From contig JASFYW010000028.1 in the NCBI GenBank assembly GCA_045046865.1, positions 31,930 through 95,929 of the forward strand: 64,000 bases of DNA. The letters run 5' to 3'. Of this stretch, positions 19,877 through 29,418 are shown piece by piece. A program made the position numbers and the translations under genes. Each line of letters opens with the position of its first letter. The stretch's first letter is position 1. The notes below the pieces were generated by a model. That model ran no database searches. It was not told the origin of the DNA and worked only from the letters and a program-made list of their open reading frames with translations. This DNA comes from Woeseiaceae bacterium. Its GTDB lineage: Bacteria > Pseudomonadota > Gammaproteobacteria > UBA6429 > Thiohalophilaceae.

Positions 19877-21715
19877 TTAGATTGAAGCCCAGATATCACT
19901 GTAATCTTTGTCGTCGGGGGCCGATTGTGAGTCAGTGTTTGATTGTGTTTCATTTTGAGCATTAATTTCAAACTCAAACTGAGAAAAGAGTCCCGTATTT
20001 TGAACTTCTCTGGTTAAGGTGGCAAAAATATCTTTACCCACCATATTTATGATGATTTTATTACCTTCACGCCACCGCACTGAGCCAGTAATTAAACAAG
20101 CAGGTTCCTTCAAGTTCTTTAATTCGGGCAGCATAATGGTTCTTTGTAATGGGGCGTCCGGCAAGCTTGCAGGTCGTATACCGACAGCCGTGGCATTTGG
20201 GTTTAAAATTTCGAGACCCATTTGTAAACTCATATCTGAATTTGTTTTTATCCAACGAATGACACCAATACTCCAGTGTTCATTTTTAGAGGATAATGTG
20301 CGTTGTATGCTAACCAACTCACCGACTTGGGCTTTGTTTTTTAAATCTTCTGAGTGGTTAATCATCATGCCTTTGGCACTTTCATTAACGATGAGCCAAT
20401 TATCTGACTGATATTTTCTTTCTTCAGCCTGTACCGTATCTGTAATTTGGATATGTTCTTGCAAAGAAAGTTCTTGTTCAATTAACGGCTCAAGCCCTGA
20501 AGATTCATCAGGATAAATTAAGCCCCAGACATCATTAGATGTTGCAGTAGGATCTTGCTTGTTTAAATGGATTTCAGTACTTTCAAAATGTGCACGTTGC
20601 TTAAATTTAGTTGAGTACTTCGCGTCGTCTATCGCGCGTGCTTTGTGAGTAATGAATTGATGCGCCGCACTTAAGCCAATGTTAACTTTAATTGCTTCAT
20701 GTTTTTCTTTGCGAGGGAAGTGACGTTTACTCGCCATATTCCATGCGATAAGTAATCGTTTAAGTAAGTCATGGGATAAATCTGGACGTGTTAAATCTAT
20801 ATTGGTAATGGTTGACGAGCCCACGTCTTCATTGTTTAGAATTTCAAATTCTAATTTTTTAGATAGTGATTCGGTTTCTATCAGTCGTAGTGAACTTGTG
20901 TCTGTAATACCATTTGTAACAGCAAGTGATAACGCACAGGGAGCATGTGTAGCAGAAAGATTATCGACGAGTTTGTCGGAATCTTTATCATTATTATTGA
21001 ACGCTCGAACAATAGGTTGTTTTAACCAACGGCCTAATGCGTAATAGACTTTTCCTGTTTCACCATGACGTAAATGATAAGGTGATGCGAGAGAGAGTAA
21101 TAAAATACGCGCATACTCACTTGAAATAGATGTTTTATCCGCATTACTTCTTAATTCATCTTTTATTTTAGATTTTAAAAGTTTACGTTTTTCAGCAAAT
21201 CCATAAAGCCTATGCAGTTCAGTCCAAAGAGAAATCGAAAAAGGGGTATAAGATTGGTAGCTGGTTAAAATGCTTTGGCCAGTATAATAAATGCTTCGGT
21301 GAGTTAGCATGACTAAAGATGACTTATCAAAAATGATCAGGTTTTTTGCCAAAGTATCTTCTAAGGCAATGTTATACCCAATTGCCATTTTTAAATAAAT
21401 TTGTTTTGTAATAGAAGCAATCTGATGGTTCTTACTCGGTAGCGGTAAGCTGACCCCAATAAAATGTTTTTTCATTGAGCTGGTAACGTATTCAACAGGT
21501 TCGCGGAGTGACTCGAGAAAGCGAATACGATCTTGGTAAGAGTATTCGAGTAAGTTTGTTTGCTTGAGAACGGTAAAAATTTGCTTCGCCGTTTCACCTA
21601 AATTTGCGCGAGGTAGTTCTTCAATCCACGCCGAAACTTTACGCGGACGAATACTAAAGGCCTGCTTACCAGGCTTGGTTCTTTTTGGCACATCAAGGCC
21701 AATCATTTTCCCCAC
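19877..21715 (-). CDS. large conserved hypothetical protein with a PilZ-like C-terminal region
   Basis: 612 aa, immediately downstream of the fimX-like gene on the same strand. The C-terminal part contains IVNESAKGM, which matches the PilZ (D/N)xSxxG motif, but I found no clear RxxxR partner. The start may be the GTG at 21715 or the ATG 9 nt downstream. Confidence 0.5.
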   Translation of the reverse strand: MGKMIGLDVPKRTKPGKQAFSIRPRKVSAWIEELPRANLGETAKQIFTVLKQTNLLEYSYQDRIRFLESLREPVEYVTSSMKKHFIGVSLPLPSKNHQIASITKQIYLKMAIGYNIALEDTLAKNLIIFDKSSLVMLTHRSIYYTGQSILTSYQSYTPFSISLWTELHRLYGFAEKRKLLKSKIKDELRSNADKTSISSEYARILLLSLASPYHLRHGETGKVYYALGRWLKQPIVRAFNNNDKDSDKLVDNLSATHAPCALSLAVTNGITDTSSLRLIETESLSKKLEFEILNNEDVGSSTITNIDLTRPDLSHDLLKRLLIAWNMASKRHFPRKEKHEAIKVNIGLSAAHQFITHKARAIDDAKYSTKFKQRAHFESTEIHLNKQDPTATSNDVWGLIYPDESSGLEPLIEQELSLQEHIQITDTVQAEERKYQSDNWLIVNESAKGMMINHSEDLKNKAQVGELVSIQRTLSSKNEHWSIGVIRWIKTNSDMSLQMGLEILNPNATAVGIRPASLPDAPLQRTIMLPELKNLKEPACLITGSVRWREGNKIIINMVGKDIFATLTREVQNTGLFSQFEFEINAQNETQSNTDSQSAPDDKDYSDIWASI

Positions 21716-21855
21716 GCGTTAGAACTCCATTTGAATTTTATGGCCTAGATTATAGTATAAAGTAACCGTTTAAGGCTATTTTCAGTGCAATTGGGGGATG
21801 TTGAAGTGTATTTTAAGGATAAGTGGCAAAATAAAGAGTAACTTTGCCTAACTGG

Positions 21856-22875
21856 TCAAAAAACCACCGTTTTTGAACTTTCGCCATGATTTTCCTGTAC
21901 TAATTTTGGTACGAGATAGCCAGGAAGCTGACTCCGTAGCTCGGCCATTATTTTCTTCGCCTGAATCACATCCACATCAAAATGTTTGGCGCCTTTAACT
22001 TTATCTAACAAGTGTAAATAATAGGGCAGAACATGATGTTCAAAGAGTTTTTCACTTAATGCAGCCAACGACGCCACGTTATCGTTAACACCAGCAAGCA
22101 AAACAGATTGATTGAGTAATAGTATATCGTGCTGTTGTAGTTGTTGTAACGCATGCGCCACGTGAGTATCAATTTCATTGGCATGGTTACAATGTACCAC
22201 CATCACAACTTTCCAGGGCAGTGACGCTATCCAATTAAGAAATGAAGTATTGATTCGCTCAGGTAATACGATGGGCTGTCGAGTATGAATTCGTAGTGTT
22301 TTAATATGAGGAATGGAGGTTAATTTATCAGTGATATTTTTTAACTTATTGTCGCTTAAACTAAGTGGGTCGCCGCCGCTTAAAATGACCTCATGAATAT
22401 CTGAATTTAAACGAATGTAGTCCATTGCTTGTAGCCAATCTTGTTCAGCACGATTTTCTTGATAAGGAAAATGCCGACGAAAACAATAACGGCAATGAAT
22501 GGCACATACAGGGGTAGTCACCAATAAAACGCGGCCATGGTATTTGTGTAATAACCCTGGCGCTTCAACCGCGGCTAAATCACCCACAGGATCAACCGAA
22601 AATCCAATATCATCGGCTAATTCGTTTGAAATAGGCAGTATTTGCTTTAGCAGCGGATCATCAGGGTTACCTTTTTCAATACGCGCACAAAATCCGCGAG
22701 GTGCGCGTAAAGCAAAGTCATTATTTGCTTTTTTTGCATAGAGGGATTGAGGGAGATTCAAGTAATCCAAAAGTTCAGCAGGCTCTCGAAAGGCTTGGGC
22801 TAAGGCCAATTGCCAATCTGTCGTTACAGAGTTCGGCTCATCAGACTGACAAGAAGGGATAGTTCGCGGTATCAT
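21856..22875 (-). CDS. epmB: EF-P beta-lysylation protein EpmB (lysine 2,3-aminomutase YjeK)
   Basis: 339 aa with the radical-SAM CxxxCxxC motif (CAIHCRYCFRR). It is divergent from efp-epmA. Confidence 0.92.
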   Translation of the reverse strand: MIPRTIPSCQSDEPNSVTTDWQLALAQAFREPAELLDYLNLPQSLYAKKANNDFALRAPRGFCARIEKGNPDDPLLKQILPISNELADDIGFSVDPVGDLAAVEAPGLLHKYHGRVLLVTTPVCAIHCRYCFRRHFPYQENRAEQDWLQAMDYIRLNSDIHEVILSGGDPLSLSDNKLKNITDKLTSIPHIKTLRIHTRQPIVLPERINTSFLNWIASLPWKVVMVVHCNHANEIDTHVAHALQQLQQHDILLLNQSVLLAGVNDNVASLAALSEKLFEHHVLPYYLHLLDKVKGAKHFDVDVIQAKKIMAELRSQLPGYLVPKLVQENHGESSKTVVF

Positions 22876-22937
22876 ACGGTTATGATATGCATTTTAAGTA
22901 TATGCAGCAATTTTAATTCTCGGAGATTTTAATCAGC

Positions 22938-23507
22938 ATGGCAACTTTCAGCACCAGTGAATTCAAAAACGGTCTTAAAATCATGATGGACGGCTATCCA
23001 TGTAGCATTACAAACAATGAACTTGTTAAGCCCGGCAAAGGCCAGGCATTTAATCGCGTTAAATTACGTAACCTAAAAACAGGCCGCGTTATGGAAAAAA
23101 CCTTTAAGTCTGGAGAGTCTGTTGAAGCAGCAGATGTGATGGAAACAGATTTACAATATTTGTATAACGATGGAGAAGCTTGGTATTTCATGGATGAAAA
23201 AACATTTGAGCAAGTTGGTGCAGATAAAGCAGCCGTTGGTGACAGTATTAAGTGGTTAAAAGAACAAGATGTCTGTGAAGTGACGTTATGGAACGATGTG
23301 CCGATTGCTATTACCCCACCTAATTTTGTTGAACTAGAAGTGGTTGAAACAGATCCCGGCTTACGTGGTGATACCAGTGGCGGTGGTGGTAAGCCCGCGA
23401 CATTAAGTACAGGGGCTGTAGTGCGTGTGCCTTTGTTTTTAGATCAAGGTGAGCTGATTAAAGTTGATACGCGGACAGGGGAATATGTTGGAAGAGTTAA
23501 GTCATAA
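22938..23507 (+). CDS. efp: translation elongation factor P
   Basis: 189 aa with the conserved loop VKPGKGQAF carrying the modifiable Lys. Confidence 0.97.
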   Translation: MATFSTSEFKNGLKIMMDGYPCSITNNELVKPGKGQAFNRVKLRNLKTGRVMEKTFKSGESVEAADVMETDLQYLYNDGEAWYFMDEKTFEQVGADKAAVGDSIKWLKEQDVCEVTLWNDVPIAITPPNFVELEVVETDPGLRGDTSGGGGKPATLSTGAVVRVPLFLDQGELIKVDTRTGEYVGRVKS

Positions 23508-23512
23508 ACCTT

Positions 23513-24484
23513 ATGACTGATTGGCAACCTACAGCCAGCTTAGAAACATTAAAAACTAAAGCCCGTTTACTTTCTAAGTTGCGGGCTTTTTTTGCGGATA
23601 AAGATGTCTTAGAAGTGCAAACTCCGGTTCTTTCGCAAGCGGGTAATACGACACCGGCAATTGAATCTTTTGTTATTGAACAAATGTCGTCGCTACCGCC
23701 TCGTTATTTTTTAAATACCTCGCCTGAATTTTCAATGAAGCGTTTAATTGCGGCAGGTTACGGTTCTATATATCAAATCACCCCATCGTTTCGTTATGCC
23801 GAGCAGGGCAGTAAACATAACCCTGAATTCACTTTATTAGAATGGTATCGCATAGGGTTTGATCACCATGATTTAATAAAAGAAGTGGATGAGCTAATTC
23901 GTTATGTGGCCGATGGATTTATTTCTTTAGAGGCAACGCAATCATTTAGTTATCAAGAAGCCATGCAACAGTTTGCCGGCGTTAATATTCATAAGGCAAC
24001 ATTGGCAGAGTTAAGTGAAGCAGCTGAAAAAGCGGGGGTTGATGTCGTCGGTATGGAAGAGGCTTCTACCGATGATTGGTTAGATTTATTAATGAGTTTG
24101 GTGGTAGAGAAAAACTTACCTAAAAATTGCCCTGTGTTTATTTATGATTACCCTGCTAACCAAGCTGCGTTAGCAAAAATAAAAAAAGGCTCGCCAGATG
24201 TTGCTGAGCGCTTTGAGATTTATATTAATGGTATAGAGTTGGCGAATGGTTTTTATGAGCTCACCGATGCAAAAGAACAAAGGCAACGCTTTGAAAAAGA
24301 ACAAAGGCAACGAAAAGAAGCTGAAATTATGAATATTCCATTAGATGAAAATTTTATCGCGGCTTTAGAGCATGGTATGCCTGAGTGTGCTGGCGTGGCA
24401 TTGGGAATAGATCGGTTGTTGATGTTGTTGTTGGGACTAGAAAATATTGATGAAGTTTTAACCTTTCCCTTTGATAGAGCTTAA
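23513..24484 (+). CDS. epmA: EF-P--(R)-beta-lysine ligase EpmA (GenX/PoxA)
   Basis: 323 aa, a truncated class II LysRS-like protein (SPEFSMKRL, NPEFTLLEWY, GVALGIDRL). It is adjacent to efp. Confidence 0.93.
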   Translation: MTDWQPTASLETLKTKARLLSKLRAFFADKDVLEVQTPVLSQAGNTTPAIESFVIEQMSSLPPRYFLNTSPEFSMKRLIAAGYGSIYQITPSFRYAEQGSKHNPEFTLLEWYRIGFDHHDLIKEVDELIRYVADGFISLEATQSFSYQEAMQQFAGVNIHKATLAELSEAAEKAGVDVVGMEEASTDDWLDLLMSLVVEKNLPKNCPVFIYDYPANQAALAKIKKGSPDVAERFEIYINGIELANGFYELTDAKEQRQRFEKEQRQRKEAEIMNIPLDENFIAALEHGMPECAGVALGIDRLLMLLLGLENIDEVLTFPFDRA

Positions 24485-24527
24485 AAACTATATCTTTGTA
24501 AATTGGCCTTCAGACCGACCTATATTT

Positions 24528-25385
24528 TTATTTTATCTGACCAATAGCTTGACCTAAACGAACAACATCTTCGGCTTTGAGTGACTCTGTCCAATCCATT
24601 TTACCTTTAGCATGAAGTAATATAACTGTTGACCCCATATTGAACCGTCCCATTTCTTTGCCTTTACTAAAGCTTTTTTCTTCTTCGTCATATTTCCATT
24701 GACGTATATCTTTACGAGTAGGCGGAGTCACTTCACCATGCCATACCGTCTCTATGCTGCCAACAAAAATAGCGCCGACAAGAACCATCGCCATAGGGCC
24801 TGACGCGGTATCAAATAAACAAATAACGCGTTCGTTACGTGCAAACAATGCAGGAACATTTTCAACCGTGGTTGGGTTTACGCTAAACAGTTCGCCCGGC
24901 ACGTGAATCATTTCTTTTAATACGCCATCAATCGGCATGTGAATGCGGTGATAGTCTTTCGGAGATAAGTAGATTGTATTGAACTGACCATCTTTAAACT
25001 CTTTTGCTAAATCTTCCCGGTCACCAAGTAGTTGAGTCAAAGAATAGGCATGGCCTTTAGCTTGAAAGATAAGATCTTTATTGATTTCACCTAATTGACT
25101 TATCGCACCATCGACCGGTGAGGCGATATGTTTTTTACCTTCAGCAATGTTACGTGCATCTTCTTTTAATTCGCGCGTAAAAAATTTATTAAAACTATCA
25201 TAGCTTTTCCAATTAGGGTTTTTTGCTTCATCCATATTGACTTTAAATTTCTTAATAAATAAAGGCAAGATCAATTTTAATAACCATTTATATTCACATC
25301 GAGTTAAACGCCACATAATTTTAGACAATAAATGTTGTGGGATAACATGTTGTAACGCAATAAAAAGACGAGCACTTAGTTTCAA
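24528..25385 (-). CDS. psd: phosphatidylserine decarboxylase proenzyme
   Basis: 285 aa with YLSPKDYHRIHMP and the self-cleavage motif (F)NMGST. Confidence 0.93.
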   Translation of the reverse strand: MKLSARLFIALQHVIPQHLLSKIMWRLTRCEYKWLLKLILPLFIKKFKVNMDEAKNPNWKSYDSFNKFFTRELKEDARNIAEGKKHIASPVDGAISQLGEINKDLIFQAKGHAYSLTQLLGDREDLAKEFKDGQFNTIYLSPKDYHRIHMPIDGVLKEMIHVPGELFSVNPTTVENVPALFARNERVICLFDTASGPMAMVLVGAIFVGSIETVWHGEVTPPTRKDIRQWKYDEEEKSFSKGKEMGRFNMGSTVILLHAKGKMDWTESLKAEDVVRLGQAIGQIK

Positions 25386-25424
25386 GTTAACTTACTCCAG
25401 TAAATAATTTTATATTTAATGTGA

Positions 25425-25898
25425 CTACATCGAGCCACATTTACCACTGCCACACTTCATTTTAGGTTGTCTATCAGTTTTAATTTTCAGCTTAATACTC
25501 ACCGTTTCATCATGATCAAACGTTAGAGTGACTGGAATGGCTGAACCTGCACTAATCTTTTTTAGCTTTCCCATTAGCATCATGTGCAAACCACCAGGCT
25601 TTAACTCAATATAACTTTTTGCTTTTATAGTTAAGTTTTCTTGTTTAACCATAGTCATCATGCCATTTTTCATTTGTGTAAGATGAATTTCAACTTTTTT
25701 GAATAAAGGACTTTTAGCTGAAACAATATGAACATCTTTAGTGCCGCTGTTTGTGATTATCATATAACCTGCCATCACTTTAGCAACAGGCGGTGCTTCA
25801 GGGCTCCATGTATTTTCAAATTTTAAATTATTAGCAGCATAACTTGTAGATGCATAAAAAATGATAAGAAGCAGTGACATATTTTTAAACAAATTCAT
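25425..25898 (-). CDS. periplasmic copper chaperone PCu(A)C (DUF461)
   Basis: 157 aa with a signal peptide and His/Met-rich copper motifs (HLTQMKNGMMTM, HMMLM). It abuts the SCO1 gene (TAAATG junction). It has an unusual C-terminal KCGSGKCGSM tail. Confidence 0.8.
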   Translation of the reverse strand: MNLFKNMSLLLIIFYASTSYAANNLKFENTWSPEAPPVAKVMAGYMIITNSGTKDVHIVSAKSPLFKKVEIHLTQMKNGMMTMVKQENLTIKAKSYIELKPGGLHMMLMGKLKKISAGSAIPVTLTFDHDETVSIKLKIKTDRQPKMKCGSGKCGSM

Positions 25899-26588
25899 TT
25901 ATTTATCTCCATAAAAAGTACGAATCGTTTGGAAATTTGCTGCAATGGTTTTTGCAACATGCGGAGGTGAAATAACGGCACGCATGCGACCTTGTGGATC
26001 AACCAATATAAGTTGTGCACTATGGTTTACAGTATATTCTGTATCATTGTCGCCATCTTTTTCATCGAAGCCATATAAAATACCAATTTGACTTGTGAGC
26101 TTATCTATTTCGTCAAACTTGCCGGTGACACCATTAAACTCTGGATTGAAAAACTGAACATACCCTTTAAGTAATTTTGGAGTATCACGATCGGGATCAA
26201 CAGAAACAAAATAAAGTTGTGGGTGACCTTGCTCCCCTAATTTTGTTGGTAATGTTTTCCATATGGATTGCATAACTTTAAGCGTAGTCGGGCAAACATC
26301 AGGGCAGTTAGTAAAGCCAAAAAATAAAAAGCTCCAATGTCCCTTGAGCTGTTCTGGGCTAAAAGGTGTATTGTTTTGATCGGTCAAATTAAAGTTAACT
26401 AAAGGACGCGCATTAGGTAAAACCGTGGCATCGAGATTTGGTGGTATTTTTGTATCGTTGCCATTCACCAATATTTGCTGGCTTAACCATAGGCCTATAA
26501 TCAAACTGATAGCGCCAATAATTATTGGAAAAACGATTTTTTTAAGTGCATTTTTTGTTTCAGAAGACATTGTAATGAGCCTATTCAA
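25899..26588 (-). CDS. SCO1/SenC copper-binding thioredoxin-fold protein
   Basis: 229 aa with an N-terminal TM anchor, the CPDVCP (CxxxC) motif and the downstream His. Confidence 0.9.
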   Translation of the reverse strand: MNRLITMSSETKNALKKIVFPIIIGAISLIIGLWLSQQILVNGNDTKIPPNLDATVLPNARPLVNFNLTDQNNTPFSPEQLKGHWSFLFFGFTNCPDVCPTTLKVMQSIWKTLPTKLGEQGHPQLYFVSVDPDRDTPKLLKGYVQFFNPEFNGVTGKFDEIDKLTSQIGILYGFDEKDGDNDTEYTVNHSAQLILVDPQGRMRAVISPPHVAKTIAANFQTIRTFYGDK

Positions 26589-26720
26589 CTATTTTAATAC
26601 GCACATTTTAACGGGTTTTCTGTTTAAATATCGACATTATTCACTTTAAATTTCTGTGATTTGATATATAGTAAATTTGTACGTAGATTTTAATATCTGT
26701 GGAATATTTTATGTGGTGAG

Positions 26721-27869
26721 TTGTTTATGGATGTTTATTTTGAGCCTGATCCTGATGATAAAGAGAACAAAGGGTGGGTGAACACATTTTGTTATCTTTC
26801 TACAAAAAATATCAAGCCTTACCGACGATGTAATTATTGTACTTTAAAGACAAAGCAATGCTTAGGCATCCAAAACAATATTGTTAGCCTATTAATTATT
26901 GCTTTTCTTCTCGCCTTTCTTCTTATAGCAGATAATATTTTTTCTCGCCTGAATATTATAGTGATAATGAGCTTATTAATTGTCTTTGGTTATCGTATAA
27001 ACAGTAGTTTAGATCAGCTCGCAAAAACAATTTATTCTAATTCAAAATTGACAAAAGAATTGAAGTCATATCAAGATGATTTAGAAGATAAAGTTAGAAT
27101 AAAAACAGCTGAAGCAGTAACTGCAAAAGAAATTGCAGAGAAGGCAAATGAAGCTAAGTCAAAATTTCTTGAGAATATGTCTCATGAACTGCGTACACCA
27201 ATGCACGGTATCTTGGGCTATACTCAAATGGGGATTTCTAAGCTAGAAGAAGATAAAGAAAGTAAGTTATATAAATATTTTAATAATATTGAAGTCAGTG
27301 GTTCACGTTTATTAGGTTTGATTGAAGATCTAATGAATTTATCAGAGCTGGAGACAGGAAAAATGGAATTACATATTGAGACGTTTGGTTTGTCTTCTGT
27401 CGTCGATGATGTTTTTTCTAATTTTGATGTAATGTTAAAAGAAAAAAATCTACAATTTGATTTAGAAATATTAACTAATAAAGTAGATTTAAATGCAGAC
27501 AAAGAAAAAATTACTCAAGTAATATCAAACCTAATTGAAAATGCTATTGAGTACTCAGATGAAAATGAAAAAATTAAAGTGTGCATTAATGATGCAACAT
27601 TATCAGATGATAAAACAGGAGAGAGTCTTCCTGCAGTACTGTTTTTTGTCGAAGATAAAGGGGTCGATATTCCCGAAAATGAGCTAACGATCGTGTTTAA
27701 TAACTTTGTTCAAAGTAGTCGTACCGATAATGAGTCAGGAGGAACTGGCTTAGGATTAGCTATCGCAAAGAAAATTATTGAACAGCATAATGGAAAAATT
27801 TGGGTGGAAAGCTCATTAGAAACAGGTACAAAGTTTAGTTTTGTTTTACCGTGTATACTTAAAAGCTAG
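26721..27869 (+). CDS. orphan sensor histidine kinase with N-terminal cytoplasmic Cys4 motif
   Basis: It has the H-box SHELRTPMH and a HATPase_c G-box GGTGLGLAIAKKI. Two closely spaced TM helices lie after a C-x12-C-x2-C-x6-C segment. The start is uncertain (TTG 26721 or ATG 26727). Confidence 0.85.
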   Translation: MFMDVYFEPDPDDKENKGWVNTFCYLSTKNIKPYRRCNYCTLKTKQCLGIQNNIVSLLIIAFLLAFLLIADNIFSRLNIIVIMSLLIVFGYRINSSLDQLAKTIYSNSKLTKELKSYQDDLEDKVRIKTAEAVTAKEIAEKANEAKSKFLENMSHELRTPMHGILGYTQMGISKLEEDKESKLYKYFNNIEVSGSRLLGLIEDLMNLSELETGKMELHIETFGLSSVVDDVFSNFDVMLKEKNLQFDLEILTNKVDLNADKEKITQVISNLIENAIEYSDENEKIKVCINDATLSDDKTGESLPAVLFFVEDKGVDIPENELTIVFNNFVQSSRTDNESGGTGLGLAIAKKIIEQHNGKIWVESSLETGTKFSFVLPCILKS

Positions 27870-27872
27870 TTT

Positions 27873-28769
27873 TTAATCTCTGTTGTCTAACGTACGTTTA
27901 TTAATTGCATAGTCCTTTATACTTGAAACAAAGGGTAAATAGAGCAACCAGCGTAAATTTTGCCACTTGGGTTCACGAAAATCTTCTAAGCCAATTTGCA
28001 TGTTCTCATGTCCTTCCTTAGGCTCTTTAATGTACGTCCCAAATAAACGATCCCAAATTGAAATAAAAAACCCGAAATTACTGTTCGTTTCATTTTCATT
28101 TATAGAGTGATGAATACGGTGCATGTTAGGTGTTACCACAATTAAACGCAGCAGACGTTCAATTGATTGTGGAATTTTGATATTGGAGTGGGTAAACATA
28201 GAAGCTGCATTGAGGGCAATTTCAAAAATCACTACGGTGATGACTGGAGCACCAATTGAAATAATAACAAGGAATTTATATAGAATTGAAATAACCATTT
28301 CAAAAGGGTGAAAGCGAACCCCCGTTGTAATGTCGCAATCGAGATCAGAATGATGAACTCGATGGAAACGCCAAAATATGGGTAAAGCATGAAATATGAC
28401 ATGTTGAAAATAAATGGCTAAATCCATAAGGATAAAAGCAATAAAAAACTTTATGATAAAGGGCAGCTCAATCTGGTTTAAAAAGCCCACTTGATCTTGT
28501 TGGACATGTAGGGCGACTCCGACCGCAGCCGTGGGAATAATAAAGCGGACGAGTACACTTGAGATAACGATTAAACCAATGTTACCAAACCAGCGGAAGC
28601 GACGAAGTTGTAGTAATTCTCGTTTAGGCGATGAAATTTCCCAAATTGTTAAAAGTACTAATATTCCTAAAAATGAACCAAGTCGTATGTAACTTTCGTA
28701 TTCAAAAAATAGTCCTTTCATTAAGTTTTTTCCATTAGTTATGGCTAGAACCACTGTAGCATGGTTCAT
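27873..28769 (-). CDS. fatty acid hydroxylase / sterol desaturase superfamily membrane protein
   Basis: 298 aa, multi-TM, with histidine boxes HRVHHSD and HRIHHS. Confidence 0.85.
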   Translation of the reverse strand: MNHATVVLAITNGKNLMKGLFFEYESYIRLGSFLGILVLLTIWEISSPKRELLQLRRFRWFGNIGLIVISSVLVRFIIPTAAVGVALHVQQDQVGFLNQIELPFIIKFFIAFILMDLAIYFQHVIFHALPIFWRFHRVHHSDLDCDITTGVRFHPFEMVISILYKFLVIISIGAPVITVVIFEIALNAASMFTHSNIKIPQSIERLLRLIVVTPNMHRIHHSINENETNSNFGFFISIWDRLFGTYIKEPKEGHENMQIGLEDFREPKWQNLRWLLYLPFVSSIKDYAINKRTLDNRD

Positions 28770-28904
28770 TTTTTGTTGATTAAAACGCTATCAAATTTAA
28801 CACAATTTTATCATTACTATATTTAGAGAACTTTTAGCGAACAACTGTTGATGTTTGCTATAAAAATTAGTATGGTTACAGCATATTCCTAAGAGATTAA
28901 GTCA

Positions 28905-29378
28905 ATGAGCAATGTTAACTATCTAATAAATAACAATTTTAATAAAAATAATCGTGATGTTTGGGTGCCAGAATTAGAAAATCTGGATATTTTGGCTGAA
29001 GAATTAAGCGAACTTCCTCTACTGGGCTACGTTACCGCAGGTGAACCCGTCTTAATTTCTGCAGAGAATGAAGTGGTGAGTGTACCAAGCAGCATGGTAC
29101 GCAGAAACAGCTATGCATTGCGGGTACGCGGCCATTCAATGATTGATGACAATATTGAAGACGGAGATATCGTCGTCATTGAAAAGAGAGAATCTGCGTG
29201 TAATGGAGAGTCCGTCGTCGCCATGATCAACGGGGAAACAGTGACATTGAAAAAGTTTTATGTTGAAAAAGATGGAATACGTCTACAGCCAGCTAATCCA
29301 AGCATGGAACCGATTTATCTAAAGAATGAAGAAGTTCAGATTTTAGGGATAGTGACAGGTGTGATTCGCTCGGCTTAA
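28905..29378 (+). CDS. S24 (LexA/UmuD-type) self-cleaving peptidase domain protein lacking a DNA-binding domain
   Basis: 157 aa. It has an Ala-Gly cleavage context VTAGEP, the catalytic Ser in GHSM, and the Lys in TLKK, all colinear with the LexA C-terminal domain. Only ~40 N-terminal residues precede it, and they are Asn/Lys-rich. Confidence 0.8.
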   Translation: MSNVNYLINNNFNKNNRDVWVPELENLDILAEELSELPLLGYVTAGEPVLISAENEVVSVPSSMVRRNSYALRVRGHSMIDDNIEDGDIVVIEKRESACNGESVVAMINGETVTLKKFYVEKDGIRLQPANPSMEPIYLKNEEVQILGIVTGVIRSA

Positions 29379-29418
29379 GACTTAAACACCGAAGACGTGT
29401 GTTTTTATAGTTAACCTT

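Noticed and set aside
24270-24320. 17-nt direct repeat AAAGAACAAAGGCAACG occurring twice, 7 nt apart, inside epmA (peptide KEQRQRFEKEQRQRK). Considered as a recent in-frame duplication.
   Set aside because: The protein has the same length as E. coli EpmA through this segment (EQQQRFEQDNRKR), so nothing has been inserted. This is probably local sequence convergence or conversion in a charged helix.
28770-28904. Looked for a LexA/SOS box upstream of the S24 peptidase gene, and considered calling the gene umuD.
   Set aside because: CTGT and ACAG words are present but ~29 nt apart, not CTGT-N8-ACAG. No umuC is adjacent. The gene is therefore left as a generic S24 domain protein.
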